A stretch of 61,254 nt of DNA, taken from the IMG/VR virus record IMGVR_UViG_3300025287_000001. One strand, given 5' to 3'. The notes beneath the pieces were generated by a model. It saw nothing but the letters and a program-made list of their open reading frames with translations, made no database searches and had not been told where the DNA came from. Shown piece after piece: positions 54,063 through 61,254 of this stretch. Positions within the stretch are counted from its first letter, which is position 1. Every line of letters begins with the position of its first letter. The position numbers and the translations under genes are program-made. This DNA comes from an uncultured virus (IMG/VR IMGVR_UViG_3300025287_000001). Taxonomy: Duplodnaviria > Heunggongvirae > Uroviricota > Caudoviricetes.

Positions 54063-57000
54063 CTATATCCTTAATTTAGAGTATCCACCTTCTCTTTCGA
54101 TGTTAATTATATTCTTTACAGAATCCTTAGTGTCTTCTATGTGGCTTATTACAAACACTGTTTCAAACTCTTCGCCCAGGATATTAAATAGGTTATTAAA
54201 CGCACTAAGGTGTTTCTCGTCAAAATTAGTTGCTGGTTCATCCATGATAAAGAAGTTCGCTTTCGGCAAAGAACTAACTCTCATCAGTGCAAGGCGCAAG
54301 GAAATGGAAGATATACCGTTCTCTGCGCCACTGCCAGACTCTATGGGTCCCATGCCCGTATCCTTCTCCATAAGGACATCAAGCTTTCTATCGTCAAGAC
54401 CGAGAATAATGTTCAAATCATCTGACAATTCTTCAGTGATCTTGTTAACTTCCTTGTTGATCATTGGTATCATCTTATTAACAATAGAGAGCGAGATCCC
54501 GTTCGAGTGCATGCAGTTCTTGTACAAGTCCATGACCTGATACTTTCTGTTATATTTATCTCTCTTCTCTTCGTACTTCATTATCCTTACAGTTTCTTCC
54601 TCTTTAGATAAAATCTCAGAGTTAAGGCTTAAATACTCTTTATCCTTCTTGGCGAGTTCAGACTTCTTTTCTGACCATCTTTTCTTTGCTTTCTCGATAG
54701 AATCTTCCATCTTTTTCATCTTTTCGATGACTTCTTTATCTTTCTCTAAATCTTTGATTTTAAACTCAAGATCATCCAACTTGTCTTGCTTCTCTTCTCT
54801 GTCTTTCTCTAGATACTCGTATTCCTTGAGCATCTCAGATAGTTTACCTGAGACATCACGTAACGTTCCTTCCAGTTTGGCAATCTTTTCTAGCGTCTCT
54901 CTCAAAGACTTGCCATCGTACTTGTTTATCTCTGCCTCAATAGAGGAAAGGTCCTTTTCAGCAGACTCCAGCTTGGATTCGATATCACTAATTGAATCTT
55001 TTGCATCATTAGCCTTCTTCAAGAACTTACAAGAAGAATATTGACCCTTTCCACCACAAGGAACCTTGTTGATAATCGCTATTTCTTTATTCGACCTATC
55101 CAGATCTCTGGCGAACCTGTCCCTCTTGGCTTTCGCGCCTTCCCTTTCTAGTTTCTTCTTTTCTAACTCTTTCAAATCTTTTTGCATGTTCTCTTTATCG
55201 AACATTTTCAAGACTTTCTTGAAGCTCATCTCTCTTTCTGTGAATATATCAATCTGTTCTTTTAGGCTCTTTTGTTTTGCCTCTATTTCCTTAACTTTTT
55301 CAGTATATTCGTCCCTATCTTCATACAAGGTGTCCAAATTATCGAAATGCTTCCCGTTCTCAGAGTCGTATTCCCTCTTCAGAAGTTGCACATTCCCATA
55401 CAGCCTCTCCACCTCCGAGGACAAAGCTTCTTTCTCCTTCAGGGTGTTCTTCAGTCTCTCTCTAAGCGCTTGGATTTCTTTTCTTATGTCTACAGCTATG
55501 TGTTTCTTGGAATCCTTGTATTCTGTCCTCAGTAAAGCCCTGATATCCCTGCTATCCTCATTCACTAAGTTGTACTTTTCCTCAAAGAGCCCAAGGTCCA
55601 AGAATCTCGCCACAATCTTCTTGCGGTTTGTGGAGCCACCATCAATAAATGTGTCAGGAACCTTTTGAGACATATAAGATGTTAGCAAGAAATCTTCATG
55701 GGTGCCAAATATAGACCTTATGTAAGCTTCTGTTGACTTTTTACTGTCTTGATTTAGAGATATGGCGTCTTTGCCCTCGATATAAAAGTCGATAGACTCC
55801 CTCGCTGTACGCTTTTCTTCGTTCAGCTTCGTAAATTTCCTCTCGATAACGTAATTTTTCCCTTCAGCCTCTATAGAAACCTTTATGTAAGCCTCTTCTT
55901 CATTCCAGTTGATCATATCGAAAGTCTTCCTGATGTTCTTCGACATATTCCCGAAGATCGAATACATCAAAATCTCCATAGAAGAAGACTTACCCGTGTA
56001 ATTCTCCCCTAAGATGCCTGTAATTCCCTTTACGTTATCAAAATCTATAACATTGCCCTTACCGTAAGAAAGAATGTTATCCCACTCAAGCTTCTTAATC
56101 TTCCAGTGAAGGTTTCTGGCTACGTCATCAGAAGATTCGGTAATGATATACTCTTTGTTAAGCTCTACTACCTCATCAATTACCGATTTTTCGATATTAA
56201 GAGTCTCTAAGTAGTTCCTGATGAGATCAGCCTGGACTCCAGGGTCTCTCACGTCGCTAATTTTCACGTCTTCGGTAACATCTTTGTCGAAATTGTACTT
56301 GCCAACGCTCTTCGAAACGTATTTTACTTGTTTCGCCTTATATTTGGACTTTATTTCCCTCTTCTTCGCCATTCTGGCGTGGGAATTGAGGGGCACATAC
56401 GAAAAAACTCTTATCTTTGCATTCTCTGGTATGTCATCGCCAACTATATTGCCGTGAGAATCCAACTTTACAGTTATAAATGGACTAGGGTTAGGGAAAG
56501 GAATGTGCTCACACGTCCAATCATCCTTGCTGGAGATATCCCAAACCAAGTATCCCTTATCGTTTGTCTCTCCAAAGTTCTGCTGGACTGTTGAGCCGGG
56601 ATACATGTATCTACCGGCTGAGTCCATGCGCTGTGCTGTCTTGTGAATGTCTCCCAGGAAAGCAAAGTCAAACTTTTCCAGGTACTCAAGGTCTATATCC
56701 CCATTTGTGATAGTAAACCCGCTATCAACCTCGCAGCCATTGACAGAGCCATGGAAAAGGGCAATGTTTATCTTGCTTTCATCAGAAGGTTCAACCCAAC
56801 TCTTCTCTGCTTCGCCAAAAATGCTCATTACATTAAGAGTTATGTCGTCTGTGAGTCTATATTCGCAACTATCCTTTAGAAAGATAACATTTTTATCCTT
56901 CATAGATCTTATAATAGGGCTAACAGAGTCTTCTCTGCTCTTATTGTTGATCTGACCGTCATGATTGCCTAAAATAACAATAAGAGGTGCAATATCTGCG

Positions 57001-57203
57001 AGATTATTAAGAAACTCCGTTGCAAGTGACACATATTCAGGGCTAATCTTTGTTTTCGTGTGCGCTATATCCCCACAGTGGACAATATAATCTACATTCC
57101 TCTCTTTGATGTCCTTATACATCTTTTCGAAGATATATCTGTACTCATCGTGATATCTTAGGTTCCTGATGTGAGTATCTGCGATGTGAGCAAACCTTGT
57201 CAT
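54063..57203 (-). CDS. Fused SbcD(Mre11)-SbcC(Rad50) recombination nuclease/ATPase (gp47+gp46-like)
   Basis: N-terminal ADTH, GD, GNHD, HG and GDIH. Then Walker A GENYTGKSS, a long coiled coil, SGAE signature, FIMDEP Walker B and ISH. Confidence 0.92.
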   Translation of the reverse strand: MTRFAHIADTHIRNLRYHDEYRYIFEKMYKDIKERNVDYIVHCGDIAHTKTKISPEYVSLATEFLNNLADIAPLIVILGNHDGQINNKSREDSVSPIIRSMKDKNVIFLKDSCEYRLTDDITLNVMSIFGEAEKSWVEPSDESKINIALFHGSVNGCEVDSGFTITNGDIDLEYLEKFDFAFLGDIHKTAQRMDSAGRYMYPGSTVQQNFGETNDKGYLVWDISSKDDWTCEHIPFPNPSPFITVKLDSHGNIVGDDIPENAKIRVFSYVPLNSHARMAKKREIKSKYKAKQVKYVSKSVGKYNFDKDVTEDVKISDVRDPGVQADLIRNYLETLNIEKSVIDEVVELNKEYIITESSDDVARNLHWKIKKLEWDNILSYGKGNVIDFDNVKGITGILGENYTGKSSSMEILMYSIFGNMSKNIRKTFDMINWNEEEAYIKVSIEAEGKNYVIERKFTKLNEEKRTARESIDFYIEGKDAISLNQDSKKSTEAYIRSIFGTHEDFLLTSYMSQKVPDTFIDGGSTNRKKIVARFLDLGLFEEKYNLVNEDSRDIRALLRTEYKDSKKHIAVDIRKEIQALRERLKNTLKEKEALSSEVERLYGNVQLLKREYDSENGKHFDNLDTLYEDRDEYTEKVKEIEAKQKSLKEQIDIFTEREMSFKKVLKMFDKENMQKDLKELEKKKLEREGAKAKRDRFARDLDRSNKEIAIINKVPCGGKGQYSSCKFLKKANDAKDSISDIESKLESAEKDLSSIEAEINKYDGKSLRETLEKIAKLEGTLRDVSGKLSEMLKEYEYLEKDREEKQDKLDDLEFKIKDLEKDKEVIEKMKKMEDSIEKAKKRWSEKKSELAKKDKEYLSLNSEILSKEEETVRIMKYEEKRDKYNRKYQVMDLYKNCMHSNGISLSIVNKMIPMINKEVNKITEELSDDLNIILGLDDRKLDVLMEKDTGMGPIESGSGAENGISSISLRLALMRVSSLPKANFFIMDEPATNFDEKHLSAFNNLFNILGEEFETVFVISHIEDTKDSVKNIINIEREGGYSKLRI

Positions 57204-58141
57204 GAAATTTCCCTTATTTTCTCTAGTATAGACTGTTCTATGCTGTATTTCTTTACATTCTTTAGTATATCTGGCAATTCGCCGGACAAATAAAGCTCGT
57301 TGATGTCTTTCTCTGTATTGTTTTGTGCGATATAGACTTCTATAGAGTGACTTGATAGGAATTTTGCTATCTTAAACACCTTTCCTGCCCTCACATCTCC
57401 ATCCAGGGCCAGAATAACAGTTGTGTTGTTTTTTATAGCCTTCTCTAGGATCATACTATCCTTTTTAATAGAAGAACCAAGCAAAGGAATGGAATTTGGT
57501 ACGAAGAGGTGATCAAAAGCTCCCTCTACAAGCCACACAGGCTTGCTCCAATCAACAAAAATGCCATTAAACACTATATTGGGCCGACTTCTGGGTGCGA
57601 GATACTTATAATCGTTATCTTCGTGGTATGTTCTTGCCACAAAGTAGTTCAAGTTACCTTCTGAGTCAAAAGAGGGAAATATAATCCTTCCTGCGTACCT
57701 ACCTGAGTAACAAACGCCAAGTTTATACTTGATTATGTCTTCTGTAGTTATTCCTCGGCCTTCTAGGTATTTTCTTGCCTTCTTGTGACCATCTATTAAT
57801 ATAGGTTCGTACTCTTCCGGTAAAGATGTAGGATCATCTTCGGTTGTGGAGAGCATTTCCCTTACAGATTCGAGGGATATAATGTTATTATCATACTTCT
57901 CAAGTGGAAGTTCATTAATTCTATTCGAATTATTGGTTGCGAGAAGTAAATTTCTTAAACCTACGCCTTTGAAAGAGCATACCCAGCACTTCCATAACGA
58001 TTTTTGTACATTTACAGAGAAGTTCTTGTTGTGGTGGTTACACTTAGGGCAAAAGTAAAGCCTTTCTTCACCAGAAAGGCGCGGGGACCCAAATATCTCA
58101 TCTAATATCTTACTTGGACTCTTCTTTCTTTTCTGTCTCAA
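57200..58141 (-). CDS. DNA primase (Zn finger + TOPRIM)
   Basis: CPKC.H...CWVC, RIIFP, YF.AR, KY, VEGAFD, LDGD and KDINE. Confidence 0.9.
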   Translation of the reverse strand: MRQKRKKSPSKILDEIFGSPRLSGEERLYFCPKCNHHNKNFSVNVQKSLWKCWVCSFKGVGLRNLLLATNNSNRINELPLEKYDNNIISLESVREMLSTTEDDPTSLPEEYEPILIDGHKKARKYLEGRGITTEDIIKYKLGVCYSGRYAGRIIFPSFDSEGNLNYFVARTYHEDNDYKYLAPRSRPNIVFNGIFVDWSKPVWLVEGAFDHLFVPNSIPLLGSSIKKDSMILEKAIKNNTTVILALDGDVRAGKVFKIAKFLSSHSIEVYIAQNNTEKDINELYLSGELPDILKNVKKYSIEQSILEKIREIS

Positions 58142-58655
58142 GGCCTATCCATCCTATTGCTATAGAGTCAGCCATATCATAACACTTCTGGTGAGTGTTT
58201 CCGTATCTAGTGTATTCTATTGGGAAATCTGGGAACCTGTCAATTACAAACTCGAGCGTTTTCTCTTTCTTGTCCTCTTTCTTCTTGTACCCCACCAGCT
58301 TTTTGACCGCTGTAGGTGCAATTTCCACCGCTGTCAAGCCAAATTTCCTGTAAAGCTCGTATCTAGTCGCGAAATTGATAGAAGTCAGCTTGGCTATCGT
58401 AGAAGCGCTGCTCCTGCCGCGTGAAAACTTCTTGAGGGCGCTTTCAGAGAATATCCCAACAACATTTCCGTCAATATTAGAGACTTCCTCAAACAAAACA
58501 CGGCAAATCTCATCTATGATATCGTAATTTGTAGAAAATTTCTTCCTATTTCCTGTCCTGATGCATCCAACCAAGTGGCAATTACCATCCTCATCCAAAA
58601 ATGAGTATCCGGTACATGTAGAAGAGATATCGAGGCACAAATATAAATCTTTCAA
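58110..58655 (-). CDS. RuvC-like Holliday junction resolvase
   Basis: LDISSTCTGY, SES, P.AVKK.VG and DMADSIAIG. Confidence 0.85.
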   Translation of the reverse strand: MKDLYLCLDISSTCTGYSFLDEDGNCHLVGCIRTGNRKKFSTNYDIIDEICRVLFEEVSNIDGNVVGIFSESALKKFSRGRSSASTIAKLTSINFATRYELYRKFGLTAVEIAPTAVKKLVGYKKKEDKKEKTLEFVIDRFPDFPIEYTRYGNTHQKCYDMADSIAIGWIGLETEKKEESK

Positions 58656-59788
58656 AGGTCAACCTTTAGTTTTATTGAAAGATCTCGCAGTTCTTTTTTC
58701 TTTAAAGGTCTTGATAAGTTGGCAACCATCAAAAGCTCTTTCTTTTCGTTATAAACTCCAACTTTCGTGATGTAAGTTATCTTATCGAATGATGTTGTTT
58801 CCGAATCAAATGGTGTTTTATTGATATTCTTTATACTTCCGCTTCTCTCTTCTATAAAATCACTACCTATGACGACTTCTTTTCGAGTATCCTTGTCTAT
58901 AAAGGTAGGATTTGTAGAATTGTTCACCTCTCCTTTGGGCATATCCGCATACATGGTGAGAACTGGTATCTTTTCTATGCCTTGGAACACAAATCTATAA
59001 CTAGATTCTGTCTGATTGGATACTCCATCATCTTGATATCTTCCAAAATGTATCCAGTAAGGAGTTTCGGCAGCAGAATCAGAGTCATAGAAGTCTGTAA
59101 ACGTGCCAGATATAGCATTTGTTGAATCGTTTAGGTAAACAAAGCCAACTTCATACAAAACAAAGCCAACAATGTTACCATCTTGGTCGATCAACTCCCC
59201 TCTATTCCCTGTATCTTCGCAATATGCCATCAATTGACCAGAATCCCCGTAAAATTCAAGCCTGACGCTGCCTTTTCTAATAGAACTAGAGAACATCACC
59301 GCAGGTATCTCTATAAGCGCACTGTCTTCCGTCAGAGCGTCTGTAAAAGAAAACGAAGGGGTAAGCCTATCAATAGATCTGAAGTGGTTTCTGATCGCTC
59401 TCAAGCGGTTTCTGTCGTCACCAGTCCTAAAATAATTAAAAGAGATGCCAGATTCGAGTTCTGCACTATAAGTTATGTCCTCTCCTATCGCCGTAGAGAT
59501 CAATTCATCAGTGTCGATAAGCTTTGTTGTGTTGTGCAAGCCATTATTCACTCTGAAAAATTCTATAGGGGGAGAACTGGAGGGCGTGGTGAAATCCTTA
59601 TCGGGGTTCAACTCATACAAGTTTACCGTGCCGAGAGAATTGTGTCCTACAATAGGATCGAAAGAGCCTGTTATAGCTCTTCGACCATTAAGATACGAGT
59701 TCCCTCCGTAAATAATGTATTCGTGCTCAGGATATGTCTTCATGACGTTCCTGAGCACGTCTCCTGCGCCGAACCTATAATATGACAT
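58652..59788 (-). CDS. Baseplate/tail structural protein
   Basis: N.STNPTF...YITKVGVY....ELL.VANLSRPLKK. Paralog of the next gene. Confidence 0.7.
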   Translation of the reverse strand: MSYYRFGAGDVLRNVMKTYPEHEYIIYGGNSYLNGRRAITGSFDPIVGHNSLGTVNLYELNPDKDFTTPSSSPPIEFFRVNNGLHNTTKLIDTDELISTAIGEDITYSAELESGISFNYFRTGDDRNRLRAIRNHFRSIDRLTPSFSFTDALTEDSALIEIPAVMFSSSIRKGSVRLEFYGDSGQLMAYCEDTGNRGELIDQDGNIVGFVLYEVGFVYLNDSTNAISGTFTDFYDSDSAAETPYWIHFGRYQDDGVSNQTESSYRFVFQGIEKIPVLTMYADMPKGEVNNSTNPTFIDKDTRKEVVIGSDFIEERSGSIKNINKTPFDSETTSFDKITYITKVGVYNEKKELLMVANLSRPLKKKELRDLSIKLKVDL

Positions 59789-60912
59789 CAGTAATCCAGT
59801 CTAACTTTTAATATTTGCTCTATAGAGGGATCTTTCTTCAATGGCTCACTTAGTTTTGCGACTGCCAGCAGTTCATTATCCGAAGAATACAATCCTACAG
59901 TCGTAATATAAGACTTTGGCTCGTCAGATGAGACCCTCTTGACTCTTATCTTTGAGTTTGAAGTATAGGTAGGATTCGACGAGTAGTTAAATTCTGTGTT
60001 CCCAACTCTGCAAAAGAAGACTGTAGAGTTTAGTTCTGTTGTGTTGTTGAAAGAAATATCAGAAATCCTCTCTCGAATGGAGTCCGCAATGTTGTCTATC
60101 GTATAATCAACAAAACCTACAGAAATAGTATCCCCAGTTCCCTCATCTACGTGAGTAAGGACTGTATCCCCGCCATTGTTAAACGGCTCGAAGTTAGAAG
60201 TGCCGTCATATCCAGTCCCGGTAAGTAAGATATTGCTATCTAAGACTACTAAACCCGTCTGATAATATATCAAGCCAACAGGAACATTGTCCGCTTCTTC
60301 GAAATTAGTGTCTGTACTACTAACTCCGTACAAGATACCGTACTCTCCTGCCGGGGAGTTAGTTCTATAGTTGTCATTCGCGCCCGTATCCGTAATAACA
60401 ATCGTGTCTGTACCAGCCGCAGAGGCTGCCGTGATGTCTATCTCCATCGAGAAAGTTTCTTTTCTTATCTCGTCTTTAACCAAGAGTCTCGAAAACTTCA
60501 AAAAGATCGGAGTCTTTATCTTGTAGCCTCCAGACGAGAAGTCTCCATCTTGATCGAAGTCAAGAATGTTTCCATTCTCATCATAGCCAACGTGAGTTTG
60601 GGCAAGCTGAGAGTAGATATTCAACTTTTTTGACGATTGAACATTAATTGTGCCAAGCCCATGGTCAGAAGATAAACCCGCTGTTAGTGAAAACAACTTG
60701 TTGGCTGATGACTGAAGATATGGGTAATCATATACATCTTGGAACATACCGTGAGAGAACTTTTTAACATTCTCAGGGTCCGGCTCGGGTGAAGAACCGC
60801 CATCCACGTAGAAACCATACAGAATCTGCCCATCAATAGGTATAGATTCATAAAGATTGTTTCTTGTCTTGCCTATATCAGTGGCGGTTAATCGTTTATA
60901 TACTGAACTCAT
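59788..60912 (-). CDS. Baseplate/tail structural protein
   Basis: EFNYSSNPTY...YITTVGLY....ELLAVAKLSEPLKK...RLDY. Confidence 0.7.
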   Translation of the reverse strand: MSSVYKRLTATDIGKTRNNLYESIPIDGQILYGFYVDGGSSPEPDPENVKKFSHGMFQDVYDYPYLQSSANKLFSLTAGLSSDHGLGTINVQSSKKLNIYSQLAQTHVGYDENGNILDFDQDGDFSSGGYKIKTPIFLKFSRLLVKDEIRKETFSMEIDITAASAAGTDTIVITDTGANDNYRTNSPAGEYGILYGVSSTDTNFEEADNVPVGLIYYQTGLVVLDSNILLTGTGYDGTSNFEPFNNGGDTVLTHVDEGTGDTISVGFVDYTIDNIADSIRERISDISFNNTTELNSTVFFCRVGNTEFNYSSNPTYTSNSKIRVKRVSSDEPKSYITTVGLYSSDNELLAVAKLSEPLKKDPSIEQILKVRLDY

Positions 60913-60927
60913 GTATTATTACTCCTA

Positions 60928-61254
60928 TCAGGTTAATTTCACAAATCTTACAGGCAAATCAACCGAATAGCCAGTTGTATTTCCTTCAATTCTTATGTTT
61001 GAATCAATGTATTTGTAAGTATCCCCGCCTAGAGTAAAGGTTCCTCCAAGGAGATCAAACAAATAATCATTAGAATTGGTTTCAATAGAGGCTGCGATCT
61101 TAAAAGAGATCCTTGTTCCTCTCGGGCCTGATATAGATTGGCCTCCAGAACCTATATTTTGATTGGTAGAGACATACCCTGGGTCCGTAGACAAGCTAAA
61201 TGGGTAATTTGCGATGCCATCGTCGTCTATAAAGCTAATACTCGCAAGGCTACC
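60928..61254 (-). CDS. C-terminal part of a structural protein (starts beyond the right edge)
   Basis: Reading frame of track ORF 60928..61194 appears to continue to the edge. Ends G.TTG....LPV.F. Confidence 0.6.
   Translation of the reverse strand, partial: GSLASISFIDDDGIANYPFSLSTDPGYVSTNQNIGSGGQSISGPRGTRISFKIAASIETNSNDYLFDLLGGTFTLGGDTYKYIDSNIRIEGNTTGYSVDLPVRFVKLT

Noticed and set aside
58110..58655. RuvC domain as a Cas12/TnpB-like nuclease
   Set aside because: It is only 181 aa with a contiguous resolvase-type motif layout, and there is no array or transposon ends.
736..59785. Numerous plus-strand ORFs in the track (e.g. 13210..13785, 29702..30295, 55066..55668, 59183..59785)
   Set aside because: They are antisense shadows of well-supported minus-strand genes, with Ser/Phe/Leu-rich composition typical of reverse-complemented Glu/Lys-rich sequence and no motifs.
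1..61254. Alternative genetic code (stop-codon reassignment)
   Set aside because: Core genes are full-length in the standard code, and TAA, TAG and TGA all end genes that tile tightly with their neighbours.
1..61254. tRNA genes, CRISPR array, introns/inteins, integrase or IS elements
   Set aside because: Intergenic gaps are too short, and I saw no cloverleaf or repeat-spacer pattern. NrdA, terminase, helicase and RecA have normal lengths. Checked by eye only.

Overview
This window is 61 kb of a large, lytic, contractile-tailed dsDNA bacteriophage (myovirus). It is very gene-dense, and every credible gene lies on the minus strand. In transcription order (right to left) it carries: (1) baseplate-type structural genes, a RuvC-like resolvase, a primase and a fused SbcD-SbcC (Mre11-Rad50); (2) candidate lysis membrane proteins; (3) a T4-like head module (large terminase, portal, prohead protease, scaffold, major capsid) with a divergent ribosomal protein bS21 embedded in it; (4) neck, tail terminator, sheath, tube, a chaperone pair with a probable +1 frameshift, tape measure and baseplate genes; (5) a replication block with a miniature family-A polymerase domain, a degenerate tubulin/FtsZ-like protein, gp32-like SSB, RecA/UvsX, a 5'-3' exonuclease and a DnaB-like helicase; (6) nucleotide-metabolism and accessory genes (nrdA, nrdB, thyX, HD hydrolase, metallophosphoesterase, GapR/DsbA-like, GroES-like, SLT). 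The most notable features are the exonuclease-less PolA domain with RNA-polymerase-like motif changes, the 16-codon ORF plus GC hairpin in front of the prohead protease, the TTT-TTT-CGA shift site, the phage bS21 and several apparent pseudoenzymes. I saw no tRNA, rRNA, CRISPR array, integrase or IS element. All family calls come from motif recognition by eye; no database search was run.
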